Assembly: GCA_000388065.2 (NCBI GenBank)
Contig: KB932203.1
Reading direction: 5' to 3' (one strand)
Source of the DNA: Fonticula alba ATCC 38817
Taxonomy: Eukaryota; Protista; Nucleariida
Length of the DNA stretch: 48,235 nt
A model generated the notes under the pieces. That model did not search any database and was not told where the DNA came from. It worked only from the letters and a program-made list of their open reading frames with translations. Each line of letters opens with the position of its first letter. Position 1 is the stretch's first letter. The position numbers were made by a program, and so were the translations under genes. Positions 1-11,470 of the stretch are shown one piece after another.

Positions 1-76
<76 letters not shown>

Positions 77-84
77 GGGGGGGG
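1..84. repeat. Poly-G homopolymer tract (84 nt, one A at 76) at window start
   Basis: Read directly from the sequence; it may extend beyond the window. Confidence 0.95.
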
Positions 85-3000
85 ACGCCGGGTGCGTACC
101 GGCATACACGTCAGTGTCGAAGGGGGGTTCGGCCCCGGGCTGAGAGCCCCGAGGCCTGAGGCGCAGATGAGAGATGCAGCGCGACCGGACAGGGGGGTTG
201 TGATTATTTTTTTTCCCCATCCCTGCCCCTCGGGAAGGGGAGATTTGATGCGCTCCACCGGCGAGCGGATCGGACTGCTCGCGGGGTCGAGTCACCTCTC
301 CCCGCTCGCCCGCTGGCCCCAGAGCACAGACACACCAGCCGGGGGCCCGGGCCCGTGGCCCCCCGTTGTGTGTGTGTGTCTTTCTTCTTTTCGGCCGCTT
401 GGGACCGAGTAATTAGCCAGAAAATGGCCCGGCCCCCCCCCCCGTTCGGAGCTAGGCAAGGGCCCGCGAGCCAGGCGGCAGTGAATCCCGAATGGATGCT
501 CATGTTCGTCAGCTTAGCGACATAGGACGCCCCCGGCGCCGGCTCATTAGACCGGCGGCGCTGGGGGCCCACAATTATGCGTTCCAGCACGGGGCGCGCC
601 CCGTGTCTTCATAAGGGTGTGTGTATGTGTGTGTGTGCGCGCGAGTAGGGGCGCGGAGTGAAGGGAGCCAAGACGGGGCGGGGCATCGCCCGGGGCCCCA
701 AAGAAGAGCAGCACGCGAGCTAATCTCAGGCGACGGATTGGGCCTTTGGGGCGTGGTAGCTTGATCCTTCCCCAGGTACTCCCGGTTCTCGGGGGCGGGT
801 GGCCGGCTGAACTTCCGGCCTCGGGTGGAGCCGGCTCGTTTAGCGGAGAAAAGGCAAGCGAGCCCGGCAAGCTGGCAGGGCGTGCGATGCGCCGGCGGTG
901 TCTGCCGCGAGAGCGGCTGGTTCAAGCCCCCCACAGGGCGGGGGCCAGGTCTCGGCATTTCGAGTCGACCGAGTGGCGAATGCTCCTTACGTGCGCACTC
1001 CCGCCCGGGGGGGGGGGGGGGGGGGAGAGATAGATAGCGAAGGCGAGGGAGGGCCTGACATACAGACTCCGGTCCTGGGAGCGCGACAGAGGGAAAGGGC
1101 GCCATCATGCGTGACACGGCCGCTCGAGGTCTTCGCCCAGTGCCCGGCCTGGTCTGTCTCTCGTGCCGTTGCCGGGCAGGGAGGCAGCCGAGCCCGCGGC
1201 CGCGGGGCCCAGTGGGGGCTGCTCCGCCGCCTGCAGGAAGGTGGCAAGTCGGGCCGCTTTCCCTGACTCCTGCTTGGCTCCGCGGGCTGACCCGGGTGCT
1301 GGTGAGCAGGGAGTAATTTTACAATCTGGCCACTTCGCCGCGGGCCCCCTTGCTGCCGCTTACAAGTGAACTGAAACACCCCACCGATATTGCACACGGC
1401 CGGGAGTCCGCTTGGCCCGGGAGGAAGGGGAAACCACCTTCGCCGAGGCAAATATACAATATGCCGCTGGGGCACAACCTGCCGCCCTTGTTCGTCTCAT
1501 GCTCGGGACGCTGCACGCCGATGTCGCGACCGCCGCGGTGCCCCGGGCTCGGAGGCGTGCTGAGGCCGCCCTTGAGGCAGCTCGCAAATGCCCCTCCCCA
1601 TTTCCCCCTTTCACTCCCCCCCCCCTCCCCCGCCTGCAATCCCGGCTGGGGTGTGGGGCACTTGAAGCCATCGAAGTCCCTAATCTCCGGATGGCTTGCG
1701 CGGTCGAGCCATGTCGCCGGACACGGGCCAGCCGTCTTGCCATTAGGCGGGGCTGGCCACTCGAGATGAGCAGCCGGCCGAGAGGTGACCCTCTGGCTGG
1801 GCCTGGGCCTGGGCGCGCGTGAGTAAAAGAAAAAAGCATTCCCCGGTAGGAGTGTACCAGGGTCGCAAAGGACAAGGGAATCGATCGTGCGAGCTCTTGG
1901 AAGCCGAGATGGCCTGTAGACCGGAACATGGACGTGGCTATGCTCGCTTCTCATTTTCCACGGGCGTCCCCGCGAAAGTGCCTTGCCCCGCGAGCCACAG
2001 GACACATTCTCCATCGGCATGCTTTTCTCTGTCGCCTGTCTCTGCCAGTTTGTATCCTCCTCGAGGCAGGAGGGTCACCACCTTCCGCCGAGGTATGCGG
2101 CGGGGGTCCCATTTCCGGCTGGGCATGGCTCACGGTCGACGGACGCTCCGCATGGGCGGCTGGCGACCGGCGGTGCCTTGCCTCGCGCTCTCGAACGCAA
2201 TCCGATCCATGGCCCTATCGCGGTCCTGGCCCCGGTCCACGGAACAGGGCCCATAGATCCAAGATGCTCGGGCCTCCCCCTCGGCGGACTCTCCATCAGG
2301 CCTCCTCGTGCCCCTGCTCAATGGCCAAGTTACCCCGGGGGCGAGTTGCGCCGGGGGGAGTCGGGGCAAAGGAGGCTCGGATGGAGCCAGAACCAAAGGA
2401 GAGTTCGCACGCATGCTGGGGACATGATGCCTTTGGGCAAGATAATCAGCATGTACCGCATCCGTGGGCTCCCCACTGGCGCACTCAGCCCGGTCCAGAG
2501 CACTTCTCGCGTACTCACCGACGCACGTGCGCTGCCTGGAGCATCGCCAGGAAGTGTTCGCCCCCCGGTCCCCGGCCCCGCTTGGCCGGGTACCATCTCA
2601 TCGGCATGCATGTGGCGACTGCGTGCCCGCTTGGCGGCGGCCCAGGCCCCACCTTCCGCGAATCGGTCCAATGGCGCCCGGCAACTGGACTTCACCATAT
2701 CCGAGTGGCCAGCGGAGTGCGAGGGAACCGGGCAAAGGAGGCGACGTGCAGGCGGGAAGACACATCCCGCTGCATGCAAGCGCATCCGCCCCCCCGCCCC
2801 CGAAGGATGCCGGTCTTCTTGGAGCTATGTCTAGCCATGTGTGAGAATGCCTGCTTGCGGTATATTAGCTTTTAGAGGGGGTCGCCGGGCCAGGGCGCAT
2901 GTTAGCCCCCGCTCGTGCTGCGGCCACCGGAGGGGGGGGACTCTTTGGGGCGTGGGCGCTCGCACGCGGGGCCCGGGGGCCCGGGGGCAGGGGCGTTGAT

Positions 3001-5544
3001 TGCCCGATACACGGAGCACATGGGCGCGAGGGAGGGGAGGCAGTGGCGGCGGGGAGGCCCGAACGAATATTATACTTCGCACGGGTCCGTCCCGAGGCCA
3101 GATATGAGCGTCGATTGTCTCGATCAGGCCTCGACCCTCGGTCCCGGTGGGCCATGTCTCAGTTCGACCGCCACAGGGGTCGAACTTACCAGGCAGAGAG
3201 GCTCCTTCCGGGCGCATGCCATCACGGCCCGGCGGCACCTAGGGTTATGCCCGTCGACAAGGCTCCCTGATGATGTTCATTGCGAAGGTGGAAAGTAGAA
3301 AGGCATGGGCGCGCGTGTGCGCACACAAGGGCCTCTACACGAACACATACATGCATGCACACATGCACACATGCCCCCAGTCGTTCATATGTCACCCCAC
3401 CCCCGGCCGCTCTCCCCGGCCCGCCGAGGATGGCGGGCCAATATCTGTCCGGGATCGAGGTGGCCGAAATAATGGTCGGACTTACCGGTGGCCCTGTGCC
3501 GGGCAGCCCGGACCGCATCAACGTGGACATCGCCCCCCCCCCCCCCCCCCCCCAGGCAGGAAGGTGAGAAGATGGTCAGGCGCGTCTAGACCGTTCTCGA
3601 TCCCTCTCATCACCCACAAGCTGCCAACTCAGGCGATTGTGGAGTAATGTTCCTCCGTGCCTTGATTGTGGGCCTGGGGCCCTGAATGTGGGCGGAGGGG
3701 CCGCCGGTCTGGATGTGCCCCCCTTGTGTCCCGAGGCAGGGTGGGGGCAACTCCTCGCGCGGCTCTGGCTCCTCTGTCCTGCTTTCCGCGGCCCTTGAAA
3801 GTCCCGAGCACCACATTGACAAGGACAAGACTGGGGGGGGGCTTTTTTGGTGCACTCCGGGAGTCTCCTGGTCGCCCTTCTGGGGTCCCCCCCCCCCGGC
3901 CCCCGATCCCCGGGGCCAGGTGCTTCAACACCCCCGACGCCGGGTCAAGGCGAGATGGCCCTAAACGGATCCCATTGCGCACAGAGGCATTCGTCTTAGA
4001 AGCGTATCCACCTCCTGAACTCAGTCAGCACGAGGAGCACGAAACACACACACACACACTCACAGAGGGAATTAATTCACCAAGGTACACCAACACCAGC
4101 CTTGGGCTTTTTTCACCGATCTGGGCTTTCGGCTTACGTGAGACACCAGCAGGGGCAGTTAATTCCCCCACCTCCCCCCGCCCCCCGCCCCCCCCCGACT
4201 TCCCTTGCCCCGCTTTTTGAGCACCTCTCCGCCCACCGGATCTGGACACACCATATGCGCTGCATATACCCACGGACACCTCGCCTTCCCATATTCACAT
4301 GAATGCCCCCCCCCTCCCCCCCATCCCGATGCCCGGCCACAACTGCAGGGCCCACACGTGCGTGCAGCAACATTCACCTGCACAGGGGCGTGAGCGGGTC
4401 GTGGACGCGGATCCAAGCGGACCGGCACATGCTCCGGTGGGCATCGTCTCAGCAATGTCGGGCTGGAAGGGCAGGGGCGAAGAGCCGATGTCCGCGAGGA
4501 GGGCCTTGGCTAAGCTCACCCTCCTCGATGTCATCGCGTGGTGTCGGACTGACACAGGTGGGCTCTTTGAGACAAACAAATCCCCGCCCACTCCTCGAGC
4601 GTGAGCATTATAGGGCGAGGGCAATCACATCCGCGCGCACGCATGCACAAGCACAAGCGCTAGAGGGATGACGGCTGGCCTTGGGGAGCCCGTTAAGCTT
4701 GCCCCAAGGGCCGAGGTGCGTGGCCTCCAAGGCACGAAGCAGACACGCATGATCCTCGGGGGGGGGGGGGGGGGGGGGGGAAGGAGGCATGAAAAAGAGA
4801 ACGCTATGGCCATGGGAGAGGGGGCCTTAGATGTCGGTTGAAGGATGGTCCCCCCCCCTCCTCCTCCCCGGAGACTGGGAAGATCGGATAAGCAGGGGCA
4901 GCAGCTGGGCCCTCCATGCCAGCCCCGATCGGGGCGGGCTGCGTGACATTCTGTGAGCCCGAACAAGCCGAGCCACTTTTTCCATCCGCCCCTCGGCCCG
5001 CCCCCGCCCTCTTTGTCCGTCCCAATGTCTTACCAGGTGTAGGTCTGGGCCTGAGTCGGGACAACCCGACCCTAAAAAACCCTTCCCTTCCTAAAAGCAA
5101 TGCGACAAGGGCAAATTGGGTCAGTCCCGGGGGGGGGGGGGGGGAGGGACACACATGCGAGCATGCTGTCCGCATGTTTGTGTGTGCATGTGTGCGCGCG
5201 TGCGCGCGTGCGTGTGTGTGGGTGCGTGGGTGCGTGGGTGTGCGAGGGCGAGGTGTGGAGAGCAGGGAGCCTGAGAGGGGAGGCAGAGAGAGAGGGGGGG
5301 GGGGGAGGGGAGGGGGTGGACGAATGTGCTCCCCGAACATCGAGATATCCCCCCGAACGAGGGCGAATCCCAAGCAGCTGTGAAGAAGGAGTGAGGGAAA
5401 GAGCAAAGGACAGCCATCTATATTAAGGGGGAGGGAAGAACACGAATCCGGGCAAGTAGAGCGGGCCTGAAACACAAGGACATGGAGGTGCCCCGTCGGC
5501 ACCTGGAGGAGAAGCTGAGAGACGGGATGCGAGAACACCGTGCC

Positions 5545-7476
5545 TCAGAGCTTCACGATGATCAGTTGGCGCTCGGCGTCGTACTCGCAGTTCTGTGCCG
5601 CGAAGGACTTCGACGCATAGAAATCACGCAGATCATGGATATCGTACTCGCGCGCCTGTGCACCAAGAGGAGGCCCAAATATGCGCAAGAAGGGATGAAG
5701 GAGGGATGGCCAGCAGACCAACGAAGCACATGCCCAGCCAGGCAAAGCAAGTTGCAGGTCAGCATTCGGGACGGGCACGCAGAGGAAACCCAGCAGCATG
5801 CATGAGCACTGTGTGTCAGTGCGAACATGCGGCACAGAGCAACGAAAAAGACTGTCCTAGCACGGGGGAAAGAGTCGCCAACCCGCGGAGTTGGGAGAAA
5901 GCTCGACTGTCCTGGACAAGCCTACTCTCCCCATTCCTCCTCAGCACACACACACACACACACAGGAACACGCGCGGACGCATGTGCGCGTCAACATGCA
6001 CAGATGTGTGTGCGCGCGCGCGCGTGCAGCACGTGGACATGTGGGCGATTGCAATCGCGAGTCGACCCAGTCATGGTGCCTGGGCGCGATCGTCGTTTCA
6101 CACGCGTGCTTGCGCCCGCCAATGGTCCCCCCCCCCCCCGCCGCCCGCCCGGCAAAGCCTCGCCACCCGGCCCGGCGCCCTCTGGGCATCCGGGAACACC
6201 CCATGCCCATGACACACCAACAGCCCGTCGGCCAATCACAAACGCACCTTCGACTCGAAATCCTCTGCCCGAAGCTCCAGCACACTGACATCGGCCCCGG
6301 CCAGGCGATGCTGCTGGAAGGAGTACTCCTCGCGGATGGCCGACGACAGGAGGAAGGCCAGCAACTCGGTAGACTCGTACCCGAAGGAGAGGAAACGGGC
6401 AAAGGCCCGGCGCATCTGCCGACCGACAGAGTGCTTCTGCGCGCTGACGAAAGACTCGACACACATGCGGATGGCCACATTGACATCGTCACTGCGGACC
6501 ACATCACGCAGGAACATCCGCGCGCGCGCCTCACTCATGCGGATGATCGATTCAATCAGACGCACAGTCACCGGGATGGAGTCCGTATGGGCGGACTCCC
6601 GCCGAAGAGCCGCATACAGGTGCGCAATGCGGTCCTCATCGGCCGAGCGCAACCGCGGCCGGACATTCTGCCGGGCAAACATGATGTACTTCCGCAGGGT
6701 TTCATTGTCCAGGAGGTCTTCATCCACCCCGGCCGCCGAGACACTGCTCACCGTGCCATCGGCATTCAGCTGGAAGCTGTCCACCTCATCGGTGCCGGCC
6801 ACAAACTCCGGATGGTAGCGCAGATGGCTGTCCACCACGAAGCGCGCCAACTTCCCATCCAGCACCGGATCCACCGTATCCCGAACGACGCACAGAATGT
6901 CGAAACGCGACAGGATGGGCTCCGTCAGATCGACATTCTGCCCGAAGGGCAGCGACGAGTCGTACTTGCCCTTGATGGGGTTGGCCGCGGCGATGACAGC
7001 ACACCGGGCATTCAGGGACGTGACAATGCCGGCCTTGGAGATGGAAATGGACTGCTGCTCCATGGCCTCATGGATGGAGGTCCGGTCGGCGTCATTCATC
7101 TTGTCAAACTCATCGATCAGACACACGCCCCGATCGGCCAAAACCAAGGCGCCTCCCTGAAGGGTCCACTCCCGGGTAACCGGGTCCTTCTGCACCGCGG
7201 CCGTCAGACCGACCGCCGAGGCACCCTGCCCGGTGGCATAAACCGCCCGGTGGGATGTGCGCTCGACATACTTCAGGAATTGGGACTTGGCGGTTCCCGG
7301 GTCACCAAGCATCAAGACATTGATGTCGCCACGGATTCGGTGCTTTCCATCGACATTCTTCTCGACGCCGCCGAACAGCGACAAGGCCAGCGCCTGCTTG
7401 ATGTTCTCATGTCCGAAGATACCAGGAGCAATGCTCTTGGCGATCTACACAGGGACAGCAGAAAAGCCGGAACAGG

Positions 7477-7518
<42 letters not shown>

Positions 7519-10500
7519 GGGGGGGGAGGGTATTGGCAAAGAGCATCGGACAGTGTGCCAAAGCCGCAGTCGGGTGCCGACCGACAAGCAAGCAGAAAGG
7601 GTGAGGGGGTCAGCCAAGAAAAGCGACGCATGGGTTGACCGGGAGAAAACAAAGCAGGGGCAGTGCGACCAAATTCGGAGAGACGGGGGGGAGGCGACAG
7701 GCAAGGGGGCGGGGACAAGCGCCAAAAAGGGCACCGAGGTTCAGACCCGAAAGAGGTGGAGGCTTTGCGCAAGACCATGTGGAGACGCACCCGGTCGCCG
7801 ATCCGCTCATCCTGCGCCAGCTGGCGGATTTGCCGACGGTCCTCATCCGTGAGGTTGTACGCCATCAGATGGTCCATGCGACGGATGACATTGTTGGCCT
7901 CGATGATGGTCTGGAACACGGGGAAGCCATTGCGCGCGTGCAGGGCCGCATCAAAATTGTTCCGATAAATGCCGATGACCTCCTACATGCACCAGCCAGC
8001 CCCCGTGCAGGAGAAGCAGACAGATCGAGGGCCCATGATCAAGCAAGGGCGGGGTACACATGTCAGTTGGATGGAGGTCCAATTGCCGAGGGGAGAGGGC
8101 CCCAGGCGAAGGGGACGTGCAGGTGGCGTGGGGAAGGAAAGGAGAGAGGGGTGAAGCAAATGCAAGCAGGGTCATCGGGGGAGGGGGGGGGAGGAATGTC
8201 CGGCACGCACCACCTCATCTCCAGGGCGCGCCGAGTCAATGAGATCGCGAAGGAGAATGACATCCTTGTGCCGGGGGAGGCGCCCAGCCGGCACGGTACC
8301 CGGACTTTCCTGGATTGTGATCTTCTGGAAGTTGCGGTACGCCGTCTTTGGTCGGAGAGGCCACCGAAAGGCGAGGGGGGAGGGGAAAAAAAAAAACAAA
8401 GCGAAAAGGTGAGACACAGACAACTGAGACAGTGGCAGGGACAACGGAAGCAGGCAGCAGGGCTACCGGGCCGCGGCCACCAGCAGTGCCTTGAGAAAAG
8501 AAGGGCCACGAGGAAGGTGGCGCACCTGCTCCATGTTCACGGTGAATGGGCCCTTGGACTCGCATTCCGGGCACCGGGCGATGGTGATCTCGTCGCCATC
8601 GCCGCTCTGATAGTACGGCCCGAGGACAGCCGTGCACTTGGCGCAATCGAACTTCACATATCGCAGCTGAGGGAGGACATTGGTCCGGCGGGTGACCACG
8701 CCTGACACTCGGACCAGGTGGTTCAGCTGATTGTGGCGCAGGTCGCGAAGCTTATCGATGACTGGGACATCGGAAATGCGGACATGGACTTCCGGATGGA
8801 TTTGGTGATAATGCGGGAACATGGTCAGGGTAAACTCCAGGGCCACCTCATCGAAGATGGCAAGCATCTCGGTGGGCGCCAGGCCCAGGAACTGCGCCAA
8901 CACCGGGCTCTTGTGGTAAAGGTGCTGCCAGGACACATCGAAGCTTTCGCGGTTGGCTGGTGACATGTCACGGCAAACGGAGCAACCGACAGGCGGGCAG
9001 GCAGTGCATATGTGTGAATGGGGGGCGGCGGGGGGAGCAGAGGAGGAAAGGCCAAGGGTTGAAGGAGAGAACCGAGTGGCGCCGCGAAGAGGGGCAGGGC
9101 GAGGAGGCTTGGGGGCGCACCGTTACACATCTCCTTGATCCGGTGGGCATAGACCGAGGTGGCAAACTCATCCAGGTAGGAAGAGATGAAGGCCTGGAAA
9201 GCCTTGCGGATGGCATTTCGCGTGGCCTGGAGCTGAACCCACTCGCGGGGAGCATATCCACGCATGTCATCCAGGTTGTCGAGAGACACATCCTTCTACG
9301 GGTCCGGGAGCGGGTAGACGGGATGATCGAAGGAGGGAGCGGGGAATCGGGAATGGGGGGTCGAGGTGGCGGGGGGGGGGAGGCTTGGTGAGTCGGTCTA
9401 TCGGAAAGAGAAAAACAGACAAAGCAGAGGCGAGCAGGGAGAGAGAAAGAGAGGGAGAGAGGGAGGGAGGGAGGGAGACAATGACAAGAGATGATGGGGA
9501 GGGAGATCGTACCATGGCCTCTTCCTCATCGAAGCCGGCCTGGACTTGCATGGCCCGATGGGCGGTGGCCATGCTATCGTCTTCGATGCGACGCCGGCGG
9601 AGTTCGCGCTCGTGGAAGCCCTCGGCATCGGGGTCATCCGAATCGAAGTCACCGTCATCCTCGCCGAGACCATCTTCGAGGGGGGGGGGGGAGGGGGAGC
9701 AAATTTGGCGGTCAGGCGAAGGGGGCTCCCACCGGTGTGTGCTGGCAAGGTCCGAGAAGCAACGCACCCTCATTGAATGCATCATCGCCAAGGCCGGCCG
9801 CCAGGCGGTCAGCGCGGCGACGGTCGCGCGCACGCTTCCGGTTTTCGGCGTCCGCCAGCCGCCGCTGGCCAATGTCCATCTCACCATAATTGGTGTCATC
9901 AATGCCACGGCCTTCGTACTTGTCGAGCTCCGGGTTGACACGGTAGTCCCTGTGTGGATGTGGGTGCATGTGTGAGCGCGCCAAAAAAAAAGAAGCAAGG
10001 GGAAGGCAGTGTCATCCTGAGGCAGACAGGGGGGGGGGGGCGGGGCGGGGGGGGGGGGGGAGGGAGGGAGAGGGCCAACAGAGGGGGATGAAAAGGGGAT
10101 ACAAAGGATGGCGAGAAAGACGCACTGCTCCATGTCATCGCCAAGAAGATCCTCGCCATCATCTTCCTCATCCTCGAGGTCGTCCCCATGCGCCGGGGCA
10201 CCGTAGTCCACCTCGGGCACGGCATCCTCAAGAACTACGCCATCATTATCGTCAACATCCGCGACGGGGGAGTGGTCTTGGTGGAAGAAGTCCGACGGGG
10301 CGTCGCTGAAGAAGCCGCCGCCCATGGGGGAGGTGGGCGCATCGGTGAAAGGGACCGTGCTGCCGGGGCTAGTGGGCTCGGAGTTGAAGGAACCGAAGGA
10401 GGTCGGAGCCTCAGCCGCGTCGGACGACACGTGCCAATCAGTCCGGCGGGGGCGATTCGGGTTGGACTGCAGCAGGTTTCCGTCAGAGGGTGGCAAAGGA

Positions 10501-10539
10501 GCAAACTGGCAAATGGCCGGGCCGGTGGGGAGGTACCAT
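5545..10539 (-). CDS. MCM2: DNA replication licensing factor MCM2 (10 coding exons)
   Basis: Exons rebuilt with GT-AG introns: 10539-10537 (ATG only), 10466-10126, 9949-9768, 9673-9513, 9295(or 9292)-9121, 8956-8526, 8345-8211, 7982-7791, 7444-6248, 5655-5545. Contains the histone-binding segment [17 protein letters not shown]4 zinc finger CAKC...CPEC, Walker [10 protein letters not shown], Walker [10 protein letters not shown], Arg finger SRFD and the MCM2-type C-terminus [18 protein letters not shown]. The exact start exon is inferred. Confidence 0.96.
7479..7517. repeat. (GAGCAG)6.5 hexamer microsatellite in MCM2 intron 8
   Basis: Perfect tandem hexamer read directly. It produces the spurious EQEQEQ/GAGAGA ORF segments. 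Confidence 0.95.
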
Positions 10540-11470
10540 TTGCGACGAGTCGGGAGAGGCCGGAGCGGCAGGGAGGAGACAGAAGGGTTTGCGGGTGGGG
10601 GTGGGCAGAAAGGGAGAGAGACAGAGAGAGAGAGAGAGAGGGCGCGAGAAGGAGGGCGAGAAAAGGAACAGAGGCCCGGGTAAAGGAAGAGGGGGCAGGA
10701 GGTGAGTGGGTGAACTAACAAAGCATGTTTCCACTTTCGAGGCGGTAGCCGAAAAGAAGCGGGATCTTGGGGAGGATGCCCCGAGGAGCCCCCGGGGAGG
10801 GGGGGGGGGGCGGGGACAAACACAAGACACCGAGACCCTCGGAGAGCCATCCTGCAAGCCCCAGGGAAGGGTGCTGGCGAGGAAAGGGCGGAAAAGCGGA
10901 CATCAACCCTTCCGGTGAAAGAAAGAAAAAAAGCCGGATCTCTTCCAAGATCTGGACCGGGTTTCTGCCCCAACGGAGTTGATAGGGGCGGAAGGGGTGG
11001 TGGCAAAGGAACAGGCAGGCCAGGTGCACCAAACAGGCAGAGGGGCAAGGGATGTTTGTTTCCAGCGCGTGGGGTGTGCCCTCGTGTGAAGGGAGGACCG
11101 GATAAAAAAATGGCCGCGACGAGCGGTGCGTACGATCGGGGGATTCATACCGGTAACGGTCATATCGCGTGACGAGGAAACGGTGTTCTGGGGTGGCGCT
11201 TTTGCCAGCCGTTCCCACGGCCGATATGCCAATCTATCGGGCCATCGGCTGGCACGTTGGACCATTTCCGTTCGTAATTTCTGTCGGCAGAAGAGGAGGG
11301 GGGTACACAGGGCGGCGGCGGGTCACTGATCGAAGATCGATCTGAATAGATTCCCACCCGCCCCTTCTCCCTCCCCCCCCCCTCCCCCCTCCTCGCCCTC
11401 CCCCCTCCTCGCCCTCGCCCTATCCCGCTTCCTCGCCCTATCCCGCTTCCTCGCTCGCACGCCCTGCCGG
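10540..11470. promoter_or_regulatory. Divergent (head-to-head) promoter region shared by MCM2 and EME1
   Basis: 931 bp between oppositely oriented start codons. Promoter function is inferred from geometry only. Confidence 0.6.
11413..11454. repeat. 18-bp tandem repeat (CCTCGCCCTATCCCGCTT) x2.3 just upstream of the EME1 ATG
   Basis: Read directly. Confidence 0.9.

Noticed and set aside
830-940. tRNA-like A-box (TAGCGGAGAAAAGG) and GGTTCAAGCC T-loop
   Set aside because: Spacing is too long and the T-stem and acceptor stem do not pair.
1860-2126. Minus-strand GHLG (gypsy integrase zinc-finger-like) motif and RRKVVTLL segment
   Set aside because: The pieces are in different frames and too far apart, with no CxxC or DDE core.
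2400-2620. Protease-like snippets (VRTHAGDMMPLGKI; CTASVGSPL; LIGMHVA)
   Set aside because: They lie in three different frames with no catalytic motif, consistent with chance.
92-5538. Numerous overlapping ORFs of 100-315 codons in the left arm
   Set aside because: Pro/Gly/Arg-rich, open in many frames because of high GC and homopolymers, with no family motifs or codon bias.
5891-7852. 653-aa plus-strand ORF (and 7635-8705, 24794-26563)
   Set aside because: Antisense shadows of MCM2 and La caused by GC3 codon bias.
10489-11007. Two GGTGGCAAA (PACE/Rpn4-like) motifs at 10489 and 10999
   Set aside because: They are near MCM2/EME1, not the proteasome genes, and one is intronic. Rpn4 is ascomycete-restricted, and on the minus strand they read as ordinary pyrimidine-rich sequence.
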